Notes under the pieces: generated by a model | Told to the model about the DNA's origin: nothing | The model's database searches: none | Seen by the model: only the letters and a program-made list of their open reading frames with translations | Program-made: the position numbers and the translations under genes | Shown: positions 34,242 to 44,869 of the stretch, piece after piece | Numbering within the stretch: position 1 is the first letter of the stretch | How the letters are laid out: each line of letters opens with the position of its first letter | IMG/VR virus record: IMGVR_UViG_3300049988_000286 | Location: 160,001-224,000 of that record | DNA from: a virus | Lineage: Duplodnaviria > Caudoviricetes | DNA: 64,000 nt | Direction: 5' to 3' (one strand)

Positions 34242-37200
34242 ATGAAGCGTCGTCCTATCACGCAGCTACCGGCTGTTCACCAAACCGATCCCCTCAAGCG
34301 GTTCTTCGGAGCCACGGTGGATCATCTTTTCCAGCCCGGCAACGCTGTGCCAATCAGCGGCTACATCGGCCATGTGCCGGAGTACAACGACGCGTCCAAG
34401 GATTTCTACAAAGTAGAGCCTAATGCCGCTCGCACCAAGTATCAGCTTGAACCAACAATGGTCTCACAGGCGGAGGACAAGTCGCTCTCCGCGATCCTCT
34501 TCTATGACGATCTGGTTAGCCGCCTCTCTGCCGTTGGTGCTCTTGTGTCCAACACCGATCGTCTGTTCAAGTCCGAGTATTGGACGTGGGCACCCCCGGT
34601 CGATATCGACAAGATCAACAACTCGCAATACTACTACTGGTCCAGCGACAGCGTTCCGGCGCTCAAGATGACGCTCCCCGGCGTCGAGCTTCCGGTCACC
34701 TATCAGGGCGACGGCAGCACTAATCGATTTGCGCTTCCGCCGTCTCTCCCGCGCCGTCGCATCCTTCCCGCTGACCAGATCACCGTAGAGGGTGAAATTT
34801 TCGACGGATCACCCCGTGTGCTCGTTAATGGTCGCAGCGTGCCGTTTACGCTCGACGGGCAGGACATCGTGCTCGCCACGACGCCTCTTACCGGTATCCC
34901 GATCGAGGTCTACCGCTATGGCAGCCTCGGTAATGGTAGCCGCACGAACTTTGCCATCCCGTTGATCTACGATGATAGCGTGTCTTTCTCCGCGTCCGAC
35001 ATCCATGTGTTCGTCGGAGGTCGCGAAACCAAAGCATTCACCATCTCCGGGAACGCGATTGTGCTCGCCGTTGCCCCGGCGGGTGACATCGAGGTTTCTG
35101 TCACGATCTTCTCTGACATCAGAGAGGCTCTCTCGCGGGCAAGTCACACCGTTGACATCTCCTCCCTGAACGCCGCTGGCGTGAAGAAACTCGTAGATGG
35201 CCTCAAGATCGAGGCTATCGATCCGACGCGCTGGGCATTCGGTTTCGAGACCAAAACCTTCTCGACTCACAAGTGGGATGAGCAGAACCCTGCGGTATTC
35301 TACGTGGATGGTGTGGGACAGACTTTGATCTTCACACCAGAGAGCGAGATGCTCGACATCGCCGACCCTTTCTACGCGGTTGTGTCACGCGAGCATCGCG
35401 CAGGATCGTTCTTCTCCCGTGCAAACCGCTGGGTTGCGCGCGAAGCCCTTGCGTGGTGCGAAGGTGCCACCACGGAGCGTCAGGCCAATCGGCCGATCTG
35501 TGAGTTTCGCGGTGATCTGAAGCTCTTCAACTACGGGACGCAGCGTGCTCCGGTGGCAGATGCCACGGTGGGTGTTTTCTCGCGCGTGACCAACTTCACG
35601 TTCTCGACGCACTCCGACGACGCTGGTCGCCCGATCAACGCTGGAGATATCGTCCTGATTGGCTCGGTCGGGCAGTCGTTCGATAACAAGTTCGTCGTCT
35701 GGCCCACGGTGGATGATCTGGCACCTGCCTTCGTCGGCACCCCGGATATCGTCCATACTGCCGTCATCGGTGATGTCTTTGTCAATGCTAAGACGAACAT
35801 CGAATATCGCTTTGCCGGTGATGCTTGGCTGCCGTGTGCCGTTCCCGGCGATCGACCCCTGTTCGATCTCTTTGACCAGAATGGTATTTCGATCGGCGAT
35901 GAAGCCGAGTATCCGGAAACAACATTCAACGGTTCGGCGATCTTCGGCTTCGAAGTCGGCGATGGGGTCAACGATGTTGTGCTTGGCTTCCCGGTGAACT
36001 ATGACACCTACGGTCAGATCATTTTCGAGAATTTTCTCTACACACAGCGGTACCGCTACCGTGATGGTGACATCACCGGCTATTACTTCTATCAGCAGGA
36101 CGGAGTTTTCCGCAACCAGTGGTATAAGGCGAAGGGTGTGCTTGCCGCACCGGGGAGCAGCACCGACATCACAGTCCCCCTCAACCTACAGGCAAACCCC
36201 AACTTCGGTACCCCAACGCTGATTTCGCGCAACAACTGGTTCAAGCATTTCTCGTCTATTAGCGAGAACCAGATTGGCTTTTCCGGACAGGTGTTCGCTG
36301 ATAATAACTGGTCAACCACCGACCGTGACTTGAGCGTCGGAACGGAGATCATTCAGGCCCGCTCTCCCCTCCTCAAGCTGATGATGCTGATGACGGAACA
36401 GGCATTCGATCCCGTTGCAGTAATCAAATATGTCGAGTCGGAGTACAGTCGCTTCAAGCTGAAAGTCCATCAGAAGATTCGGGATCGTATCAATGGTGGC
36501 CTTCTCACTGGCGCGTCGGATTTCACCGCTGCTGCTCGCGAAATCCTCGCAAGCCTTGGTGCGAATAAAACGCCCGATTTTGCGTTCTTCCTTTCGCGCA
36601 TCGCGGGCGGTACCTATTTCATCCCCGCCACCCCGGCAACGATGTCCATCACGCCGATGGTCAAGCCGACGATTATCTCCGAGAATGGCATCGCCTTCAT
36701 CGTTGGGCACGACGGTTCGCGCACGGGTGCTACCGATGCGATCACCGATGGCGTCGTGCTGGCGATCGAGCAACTGATCTTCAACAGCCGCGCGAACGAG
36801 GCGTATCATAGCGAGCTTCGTCCCATCCTTGACGAGTATGACCTCATCAGTGGTCAGTATCGCGTCGCAGACTACTCGCGCGATGAAGTCAACGTCATTA
36901 TGCAAGCCAGTTTTGAGGAGTGGGCGCGAGTCAACAACGCCGACTACCTATCAAACCTCTTGCACGATCCAGCCAATCCCTTCACGTGGAACTACGGCTC
37001 GATCGCGGATCGCAACGGAGCCAGTCTTCCCGGTAACTGGCGTGCAATCTATCGCCACTATTTCGACACCGAGACGCCCCACCTTACGCCGTGGGAGATG
37101 GTTGGCTTCGCGGAGCGTCCGACATGGTGGAACGCCCGCTACGGCGTGGCACCCTATACCCGCCTCAACACGCTTCTGTGGCAGGATATGGAAGCAGGGC

Positions 37201-40200
37201 GTATCGCCTCTGGACCACGCGCCGGGTTGGATACTCGATTTGCGCGTCCCGACCTCCTGTCGGTATTGCCAATCGACATCAACGGTAATCTCCTTGATCC
37301 CGTCGCGGCACGCATCGTCCCCAACGCGCCGTCGATTCAGTTCGCGCAGGAGAGTTGGGTGTTCGGCGACGGTGGACCGATCGAGAACCTGTGGCGGCGC
37401 TCGTCGTCGTTCGGCTTCGCCAAGGCACTCGCCCTCTTCCTGATGCGCCCCGCGCAGTTCGTTGAGGATTATTGGGACACCGACGAGCGTGCGATCGTGC
37501 ATGGCGATCAGTGGGTTGATCTTCCCGCCGGTCGGCGCGTCGCCTCATCGGAGTTGACCGTCCACGGTGAATTCGATGCCGCTGGTGTAGCGAAGGTCTC
37601 GTTCGGCATCCAGAACTGGATCGTCGAATACCTGATCAATCGTGGTCAGACGCCCGCGCGCCTCGGCACGCTCATTCGTGGCCTCGACGTGCGTCTCGCA
37701 CACAAGATGGCGGGCTTCACCACGACTGATCGTCTGACCATCTCTGCGGAGAGTTTCGGCCTCGTGCCGCCGGAGGATGTCGCGATCGAGTTGTATCAGT
37801 CGCCCGGTCTGACCAGCGATTACTACTCTGGCATCATCATCGAAAATCTGTCACCATCGCGGTGGCGTATATTCGGCTATAACTCGTCCGACCCTTACTT
37901 TGACATCGAGGCAAGTGATCGCGCGGGCCGTAAGCTGTTGCTTACCGGCGTCCCAGAGCGCGTGGTCAACGACTGGCGTCCGAGCGTCTACTACAAGACC
38001 GGGATGCTAGTGCTTCACCTCGGTGTGGTCTATGAAGCCAAGCGGAACCACACCTCGGGCCAGATTTTCGAGAATCTGTATTGGGAGCAGGATGAAGTCA
38101 ACACTCTCGCAGACGAGAAGCTATACGAGTATCTTGAGGGTAACGGACATGAGTCGCGAGTCCCCTACGCGAGCGTAGTTAACAATCGACAGGACGTTCT
38201 CGACTTCCTCTTCTCATACGCTCGAACACTGGCCAAGCGAGGCTTTGTGTTTGATGAAGGGACTTGGCAGGAAGCCGCGCAGCAGTTCATCACTTGGTCG
38301 AAGATTCGTTGGTCGAAGGGTTCTTTCATCACTCTGTCGCCGGGCGCACGCTCGATCAAGTTCTCGGCTCCGCAGGGCTATGTGCTCAATCTCGAAGGAC
38401 CAACTGCACTGGGGGGTATTCTCAACCGCACCGGGCATGTCATCGATCAGCGCAAGACTAAGATCGACCGTCTCGATGACGAACTCGTCATTACCGCTGA
38501 TGGCGATGACATCTATGGTGTATCGCTGCGTAAATCAGAGATCGAGCACGTCATCGTGTTCTCTAACCGCACGATCTTTGACGATCTGATCTACGATCCC
38601 GTGTTGAACATCCGCCAAACGCGCCTCAAAATGAGTGCTCGCCGTACCACGGAGTGGAACGGTCGTTACGATGCACCGGGGTTTATCATCTCCCAAGGAC
38701 AGATCGTCAACAATTTCGATAAGTCTGCGGAAGACCTTCGATACATGTTCGATATTGAACTCGCGGACAACACCGTCTTGCGCGATCATGCCCGTCATAC
38801 CATTGGTTTTCAGAAGCGCGACTACTTGAGCCGTCTGCTCCTGAACGAGACGCAACAGTTTGAACTATATCAGGGAATGATCCAGCAGAAGGGTGCTCGT
38901 GGGGCCTTGAACAAGATCGTGAGATCGCGGGCCGTCGAGGGCAATCGTGATCTGACGTTCCTTGAGGAATGGGCTTTCCGCATTGGTGAGTTCGGTTCCT
39001 ATGAGCCGCGCGCCTATCTCGAAATGGCCTTGAATGCCCGTGATATGCGGCGTGAGCAGCAAGTCGTTCATCTCGGTTCCAATCTCGGGAACGAGAGTGA
39101 CAATATCATCTCGCTGATCAACGAGGATTCGCGCTGGATTGATCGACCGGTTAACTTCAATGAACTAACCGTTGGCGATGAGGTCATCTATGGTCTCCCG
39201 AACGCGGGATATTGCCGCACCAGCGACGCCGATCATCACGCCGCCACCATGCCGCTGTTTGCCGCCAAGGCCTTCGATAAGCTTCAGGCGGGTGGATCGT
39301 TCCGCGCCGGAGAGAGCATTTGGCTCTATGATCACAACAACACGGGGTGGGCTTTCTTCTATCTCGTCGGTGAGAAGCGCATTACCTTGATCGAAACCGC
39401 CGAATCAAATGGTGAAGTCGTCGGAACGCGCCTCGTGCTCGGCACCGATCACGGTCTCGTAGCCGGTGACACCATTTTGATCAATGGACCCGCTGGTGAT
39501 AACTTCGCGGCGGCGGGCGTTTATCAGATTGCGGATGCGGGTATCGATTACATCGAGATCGATAACGAGGAAAATGCCAGCAGCCCGTATGATTTTGCCC
39601 AGCGTGGCGAAGAGGGTCCGCTCGTATTCCGCCTTACGACGGCACGTTTCCCCAACCGAGCAGCAGCACTTCTCGCCGATCGCGCTGTCCCTCTCCTGTT
39701 CGTCGATGACAACGGTCAGGGCAAGTGGTCGGTGCTGACTCGCGTGTTCCTTGAGCCGTTGATTGTGCCCATCGATCTCAACAATCCCCTCGGGCCGACC
39801 AAGATCGTGCCCCAGCCCCCGCAGGTGATCATCGCCCGTGAGCAGCCCCGGATGATGAACTCCGCGCGAATCGCGTCGGCGCTGATCTACGACCGCAATA
39901 CGGCGGTGACTGCGAACAGCATCAAGGCACAGCCCGTGACGCTGGCGCGCATCACCCCGATCGATCCGATGGTGGGCTGCATTTCCGGCATCGCCGATCG
40001 TGAGATCACCTACAAGCTTGAGTACGACCCCGCCGCCTATGCGGAAGATGGCAATCTGTGGACAGACGCGCATGTCGGGCAACTCTGGTGGGACATGTCA
40101 ACCACATGGTTCATCAACCCCTACACCGATCTGACACCGGCTAACGACGAGGCGCGTTACATCGCGGAGTTGCAGTATCGGGCGAACAACTGGTCGCGCC

Positions 40201-43200
40201 TCGCACCGGGGACCGAAATCGACATCTATGAGTGGACGCGCAGTGATGTGCCGCCCTCGTCGTTCGTCGGTGAGGTTCATCCCTCTGGTCAGTACACGAC
40301 GGCGCAGATCGACAATGCTGCATTGGGCAAGGTAGTGACGGAATACTACTTCTGGGTCAAGAATCCAATCGCTACCCCGGCCGTTGCTGGCCGCACCTTG
40401 GATGCACAATCGTGCGCAGACATCATCGCGAACCCGAGCGCAGCCGGTCTACCTTGGACCGCTTTGCTCTCGCCATTTGATTTCGTCATCTCCACGGTTC
40501 GTGACCGACTCACCGATGACTCGACGGTGTTGCAGCTACAGTTGCAACTCACCAACGAGGACGAGGATATCCCGCACAGACAGTGGGTCATGCTCCGCCC
40601 CGGCGATCAGACTTCACTGCCAAGCGCACAGCTTTGGAACAAGCTTCGCGATTCGCTGGTGGGTATCGATGACAACTTTGCCGCCGTGCCTAATCCAAGG
40701 CTGCATCAACAGTCTCGCACTGGTATCGCGGCCGGTCAGAGCATGTTTGACGCGGATAAGCGCAAGGATGCCCGCCGTTCCTTCATCACGCTGATCAATT
40801 ACCAATTGGGTAAGCGCGACTTCGGCGGAAGTCGTTCGTTCGCAGAGACGGTCTTTGACACCACAACGGCTCCGCCTTCGAAGCTAATCTGGTCGGCTAA
40901 TGGCTATTCCGAAACTCTCGCTTTCTTGCCCCCCAAGGCGTTCTACGACGTTGCTACAAGCGATCAGGCAGAATTTGAGGAACTCGTCAATAGCCAGTCG
41001 CAGCCGGGTCGTCGCGTGTTGTTTGACAACCGCTACTCCGCTAACCCGAGTTGGAGCGTGTGGCGCAAGTCGAATAACAAGATCGATCTCGTTCCCATGT
41101 TCGACTACACGGTTGACAAGATCACTGATCTCGCGCGGCTCGGTGGTGGTGCGATCCCGAATAACCGTTTTGTCCTCGTGCGTGAGAACGCCGAATACAA
41201 CGGCTTCTGGACCGTGCATCGCTATCTCAATGGCGCATTCTCGATCGTTGCAGCGCAACAACTCGACACGACCGGCTTCTGGGAGTTCAACGATTGGTAT
41301 AGCGGTGATTATACCGCAGAAGACGAACCGGTCATCACATACGCCGATGTGGCGGCGCGCGATCGTGCAGAAAGCCCGGTGAGCAACCGCTACGTGAAGG
41401 TGCTCGACGACGGCTCCGGATACTGGATTTGGACGGTGTTCATCGATGATGCGTGGCAGGTTGTCGCTCGCCAGTCTGGCACTATTCAGTTGAGCGAACG
41501 CTTCTTGGAAGATCGTCCCCTCTACGGTTGGGCCAATGGCGAGGCGTCGTTCGACAAGGTGGTGCGCGAGCGCGACGGCACACTGGAGCTTCGTGAGATG
41601 ATCGGTGCCATCTTGGACAATCTTCTCTCCAATGCGGAGAAGAACGAATTGTGGTTCTCGATGGTCAACTTCGTTCATGCGCATCATGATCAGGTCGATT
41701 GGGCGTTCAAGACCAGCTTCCTTTCGGTGGCGGGCTTCAACGAGAAGCTTACAACGGCTCCGATTGCGGCGGCGGACAACACACCGCACATCTTGTCTTA
41801 CATCGATGAAGTCAAGCCGTATCGAGTCACGGTTCGTGACTTCGCCCGGAGCCTCCGCCCTGATCTTGAATCGTTCACGATGGGTGCGACGGACTTCGAC
41901 AAACCCGTCTATTACGATCCGGCGACGATGGGCTTCCGCGTCCTCGATGAAGAGCGCGTGGACGACATTGCGATTATGGAGAAGGGGGTTTGGTCACATT
42001 GGCTTCACAACGTTGATCTCCGTCGCAACATGCGCATCAAGCTGGTGTTTGACCGCGTATGGTTCGAGGATGCTCTCGATGCCGGTGCCGCTCACCGCAT
42101 CACGCAGTTCTACCAGCCCACCGCTGGGATGAAGCCGCTTGATCTTCGGGCGTTGCTCGACCTCGACTTCAAGGGAACCACCCTGTCGGGTTCGACCTTT
42201 GCTAGCACGATCTCCGATAGCGTTGTTGGCGACCACACCGCAGAGACCACCAACGGACCTGACGGGTTTGCGATGCTTGACCCACGCGTTGCCCCTGACA
42301 CGCCGGAGGAATTGGTCCGCATGGGCGCGCACGACATCCTCCTGATGCAGGTGGACGATCGTTGGGGCGCTGGTGCCCCGAAACAATTCGTCCGCAGCTA
42401 TGATGTCGCCAAGGAGCGTCGCAATAAGGTCAAGCTGCCTATCGGCTGTGTGGCCCGCTCCGTGATCGTGTTCTTCGATGGTGTTCGCGGCGTTCCCGGC
42501 GTTGATTACCTTGTTGATCTACTCGCCAATGAGCTTACCGAAGTGCTGGTCAAGCGCGGCACCCAGCGCACCAAGACGGTAGTTGTTCACGCCTTTGGAC
42601 ATGCGGGACACCGCCCGATCATCGATCAGGTGTTCACCACGGCGACAGCGGGCAGCAATCAGGTCACCATCCCTGCGTTGGTGCTCGAAGAAAGCGCCTT
42701 CTCGTTCGAGGTGCTGCGTAACGGATCGTTCCTGTCGGCTACCCGTGTCGGAAACAAGGTGGCCTTCAATGCACAGGCGGGTGAGCAGATCATCGTCACG
42801 TTCTACCGTGGCGCGGTGCTTGCCGCGACCCGCATGGTAGTGCTCGATCTGACGAACACAAGCGGGACCGACTTCCAAGCCACCCTCCCAGCGGCGGCAC
42901 GATCCTTCAATCGACCCCTCATTTCTTCGATGATGATCGAGGTTGATGGTCGCCGCCTTGCCCCGCCGACGATGTTCTGGATGACCAATCAGCGCTTCCA
43001 GTTCCGCGCCGAATGGCCAACCGCTAGTGCGATTCGCGTTGTCGATGACACTGGCAATTCGTCATCCGTGGTAGCGATGAGCAAGAACAACCTTGCAGAT
43101 GCAGAGGCGGTTCTCGCCACCAACCCGGCGGCACGCTTCACGCTTTGGGAGGGTCATTTGATCATTACCGATGCGGATGCGGATTCGCGCACCTACGCGG

Positions 43201-44096
43201 TGGTGTTTGATGGCACTGGTGAATTCACGATCAACGATCTCAACGGCAATGTCTCGATCCCCGCCTACTCCGGCGGCGCTGTTCGCGCCCTCTACTGGCG
43301 CAACGACGCTTTGATGAAACCGAAGACTTGGGCTTTCCTTGCCGAGCAGACCGGTGTCTATACGCTATCGACATCTGCATTCTCGCATTCATCGTGGTTG
43401 ACGATCAACGGCCTTCGGCTCGTCGAGGGTGTGGATTACACAATCGAGGACACAACTGATGGCGGCTGGGGTATTGGGGCCTTCGACACTTTCCGTATCG
43501 ACTCGGTTCGGCCGATCAAGGTAGCCATCAAAAACTTCGTCGCCGCCACGGATCGCGTCGTGTTGACTTTGTTTGAGGGCAGAGAGAACCAGCCCGCAGC
43601 GACTTGGCAACACAGCACGACGACGCCCGACATCGTTCGCTTCCGTAAGGTGGAGGCGCGCGATGGTTACTCGGCTGGCTACGAGATCGAGCACGGTGCA
43701 TGGGCGACTGATCGCTTTGATACTCGCTTCGAAGGTGGCGTTCTCGCATCGGCGATTACCCGTGATGCCGATACCCTCACGATCGTGCGTAATCCCGCAG
43801 CGGTCCCTGCCGTAATGCTCGCGACGGAGGCTGTGCAGCTTCCTGTTGCGTCGGATAACGAGCCGGGCGTGGTCTGGATTGGTGCCGAACGCATCGAGTA
43901 TTTCCGTCGTGAAATCGTCGGGGAGACGGTGGTGCTTTCGGAGGTGCGTCGCTCAACAAAGGGAACGACGGCACGCGATCATGCAAGTGGTGCGAAGGTT
44001 CGTGTTCCTAACACAAGCACCCGCCTACCCGCGCCTCCGCTGGTCAATCAGCTTTCTTCCCTTCAGAGTGCCGCTGATACAGAGGGTGCCCCTTGA
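34242..44096 (+). CDS. giant virion structural protein, probable baseplate wedge/outer baseplate, 3284 aa
   Basis: position in the baseplate operon, late promoter, beta-rich modules. Confidence 0.75.
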   Translation: MKRRPITQLPAVHQTDPLKRFFGATVDHLFQPGNAVPISGYIGHVPEYNDASKDFYKVEPNAARTKYQLEPTMVSQAEDKSLSAILFYDDLVSRLSAVGALVSNTDRLFKSEYWTWAPPVDIDKINNSQYYYWSSDSVPALKMTLPGVELPVTYQGDGSTNRFALPPSLPRRRILPADQITVEGEIFDGSPRVLVNGRSVPFTLDGQDIVLATTPLTGIPIEVYRYGSLGNGSRTNFAIPLIYDDSVSFSASDIHVFVGGRETKAFTISGNAIVLAVAPAGDIEVSVTIFSDIREALSRASHTVDISSLNAAGVKKLVDGLKIEAIDPTRWAFGFETKTFSTHKWDEQNPAVFYVDGVGQTLIFTPESEMLDIADPFYAVVSREHRAGSFFSRANRWVAREALAWCEGATTERQANRPICEFRGDLKLFNYGTQRAPVADATVGVFSRVTNFTFSTHSDDAGRPINAGDIVLIGSVGQSFDNKFVVWPTVDDLAPAFVGTPDIVHTAVIGDVFVNAKTNIEYRFAGDAWLPCAVPGDRPLFDLFDQNGISIGDEAEYPETTFNGSAIFGFEVGDGVNDVVLGFPVNYDTYGQIIFENFLYTQRYRYRDGDITGYYFYQQDGVFRNQWYKAKGVLAAPGSSTDITVPLNLQANPNFGTPTLISRNNWFKHFSSISENQIGFSGQVFADNNWSTTDRDLSVGTEIIQARSPLLKLMMLMTEQAFDPVAVIKYVESEYSRFKLKVHQKIRDRINGGLLTGASDFTAAAREILASLGANKTPDFAFFLSRIAGGTYFIPATPATMSITPMVKPTIISENGIAFIVGHDGSRTGATDAITDGVVLAIEQLIFNSRANEAYHSELRPILDEYDLISGQYRVADYSRDEVNVIMQASFEEWARVNNADYLSNLLHDPANPFTWNYGSIADRNGASLPGNWRAIYRHYFDTETPHLTPWEMVGFAERPTWWNARYGVAPYTRLNTLLWQDMEAGRIASGPRAGLDTRFARPDLLSVLPIDINGNLLDPVAARIVPNAPSIQFAQESWVFGDGGPIENLWRRSSSFGFAKALALFLMRPAQFVEDYWDTDERAIVHGDQWVDLPAGRRVASSELTVHGEFDAAGVAKVSFGIQNWIVEYLINRGQTPARLGTLIRGLDVRLAHKMAGFTTTDRLTISAESFGLVPPEDVAIELYQSPGLTSDYYSGIIIENLSPSRWRIFGYNSSDPYFDIEASDRAGRKLLLTGVPERVVNDWRPSVYYKTGMLVLHLGVVYEAKRNHTSGQIFENLYWEQDEVNTLADEKLYEYLEGNGHESRVPYASVVNNRQDVLDFLFSYARTLAKRGFVFDEGTWQEAAQQFITWSKIRWSKGSFITLSPGARSIKFSAPQGYVLNLEGPTALGGILNRTGHVIDQRKTKIDRLDDELVITADGDDIYGVSLRKSEIEHVIVFSNRTIFDDLIYDPVLNIRQTRLKMSARRTTEWNGRYDAPGFIISQGQIVNNFDKSAEDLRYMFDIELADNTVLRDHARHTIGFQKRDYLSRLLLNETQQFELYQGMIQQKGARGALNKIVRSRAVEGNRDLTFLEEWAFRIGEFGSYEPRAYLEMALNARDMRREQQVVHLGSNLGNESDNIISLINEDSRWIDRPVNFNELTVGDEVIYGLPNAGYCRTSDADHHAATMPLFAAKAFDKLQAGGSFRAGESIWLYDHNNTGWAFFYLVGEKRITLIETAESNGEVVGTRLVLGTDHGLVAGDTILINGPAGDNFAAAGVYQIADAGIDYIEIDNEENASSPYDFAQRGEEGPLVFRLTTARFPNRAAALLADRAVPLLFVDDNGQGKWSVLTRVFLEPLIVPIDLNNPLGPTKIVPQPPQVIIAREQPRMMNSARIASALIYDRNTAVTANSIKAQPVTLARITPIDPMVGCISGIADREITYKLEYDPAAYAEDGNLWTDAHVGQLWWDMSTTWFINPYTDLTPANDEARYIAELQYRANNWSRLAPGTEIDIYEWTRSDVPPSSFVGEVHPSGQYTTAQIDNAALGKVVTEYYFWVKNPIATPAVAGRTLDAQSCADIIANPSAAGLPWTALLSPFDFVISTVRDRLTDDSTVLQLQLQLTNEDEDIPHRQWVMLRPGDQTSLPSAQLWNKLRDSLVGIDDNFAAVPNPRLHQQSRTGIAAGQSMFDADKRKDARRSFITLINYQLGKRDFGGSRSFAETVFDTTTAPPSKLIWSANGYSETLAFLPPKAFYDVATSDQAEFEELVNSQSQPGRRVLFDNRYSANPSWSVWRKSNNKIDLVPMFDYTVDKITDLARLGGGAIPNNRFVLVRENAEYNGFWTVHRYLNGAFSIVAAQQLDTTGFWEFNDWYSGDYTAEDEPVITYADVAARDRAESPVSNRYVKVLDDGSGYWIWTVFIDDAWQVVARQSGTIQLSERFLEDRPLYGWANGEASFDKVVRERDGTLELREMIGAILDNLLSNAEKNELWFSMVNFVHAHHDQVDWAFKTSFLSVAGFNEKLTTAPIAAADNTPHILSYIDEVKPYRVTVRDFARSLRPDLESFTMGATDFDKPVYYDPATMGFRVLDEERVDDIAIMEKGVWSHWLHNVDLRRNMRIKLVFDRVWFEDALDAGAAHRITQFYQPTAGMKPLDLRALLDLDFKGTTLSGSTFASTISDSVVGDHTAETTNGPDGFAMLDPRVAPDTPEELVRMGAHDILLMQVDDRWGAGAPKQFVRSYDVAKERRNKVKLPIGCVARSVIVFFDGVRGVPGVDYLVDLLANELTEVLVKRGTQRTKTVVVHAFGHAGHRPIIDQVFTTATAGSNQVTIPALVLEESAFSFEVLRNGSFLSATRVGNKVAFNAQAGEQIIVTFYRGAVLAATRMVVLDLTNTSGTDFQATLPAAARSFNRPLISSMMIEVDGRRLAPPTMFWMTNQRFQFRAEWPTASAIRVVDDTGNSSSVVAMSKNNLADAEAVLATNPAARFTLWEGHLIITDADADSRTYAVVFDGTGEFTINDLNGNVSIPAYSGGAVRALYWRNDALMKPKTWAFLAEQTGVYTLSTSAFSHSSWLTINGLRLVEGVDYTIEDTTDGGWGIGAFDTFRIDSVRPIKVAIKNFVAATDRVVLTLFEGRENQPAATWQHSTTTPDIVRFRKVEARDGYSAGYEIEHGAWATDRFDTRFEGGVLASAITRDADTLTIVRNPAAVPAVMLATEAVQLPVASDNEPGVVWIGAERIEYFRREIVGETVVLSEVRRSTKGTTARDHASGAKVRVPNTSTRLPAPPLVNQLSSLQSAADTEGAP

Positions 44097-44100
44097 GGGT

Positions 44101-44108
44101 TATAAATA
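44101..44108 (+). promoter_or_regulatory. late promoter TATAAATA, 4 nt before ATG 44113
   Basis: exact T4 consensus. Confidence 0.75.
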
Positions 44109-44112
44109 GATC

Positions 44113-44220
44113 ATGAGTAAACCCGACGAAAACTCCAATGTCATCGTGGTTGAGCATTTGCTCATCCGCGATGTCACGAAAGACAAAGTTATCTTGAATA
44201 AGCGCCAAGGAGCCAAATGA
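44113..44220 (+). CDS. 35-aa protein MSKPDENSNVIVVEHLLIRDVTKDKVILNKRQGAK (not in ORF track)
   Basis: late promoter, ATGA overlap, similarity to the N-terminus of the next gene. Confidence 0.7.
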   Translation: MSKPDENSNVIVVEHLLIRDVTKDKVILNKRQGAK

Positions 44221-44813
44221 ACGACACGAACACTATCAAGGTGAAGGGCCATGTTCTCATCCGCGACGCGGATAGCGGTGAAGTCATTCTCGATAAGATG
44301 AATGCTATCCACCTTGAGAATATCTCCGAAGCACTTGCCCTCGCCGTTTCTCATCGGGGTTACGGACAGTTCAACACCATGGTTTTCGGTAATGGTGCTT
44401 CGGTAGTCTCCGGAACGGGCGCGGTGACTTACTTTCCCCCGAACGTGACTGGAAGAGACGCGAGCCTCTACAATCCCACCTATACTACCAAAGTCATCGA
44501 TGACAACAATTCGTTGAACAACGATCCGACAACGAACTTTGAGGAAGTCATCCACACTGATGGAACGACCTACAGTGATATTGTGGTGCACGCCTATCTG
44601 AACCATCACGAGCCCGCTGGTCAGGAGGCCTTTGACGACGCCGACAGCGTGAACGGAGCCTACGTCTTCGACGAACTCGGTATCTACGGCTATCCCAAAA
44701 ACGGTATCGGCACGGGTAAGCTTCTCACCCACTGCATCTTCAACCCTATTCAGAAATCGATCAATCGTGCGTTCGAGATTGTATATACGATCCGGATTTA
44801 TCTAGCACAATAG
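44217..44813 (+). CDS. virion structural protein, baseplate/tail-fibre attachment
   Basis: FDELG..LLTH..FNPIQKS motif; operon context. Confidence 0.7.
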   Translation: MNDTNTIKVKGHVLIRDADSGEVILDKMNAIHLENISEALALAVSHRGYGQFNTMVFGNGASVVSGTGAVTYFPPNVTGRDASLYNPTYTTKVIDDNNSLNNDPTTNFEEVIHTDGTTYSDIVVHAYLNHHEPAGQEAFDDADSVNGAYVFDELGIYGYPKNGIGTGKLLTHCIFNPIQKSINRAFEIVYTIRIYLAQ

Positions 44814-44869
44814 TTTCACGCATCAATATAGCAGGACCACACCGGTCATAGTATAGTTCGAGGAGATAT

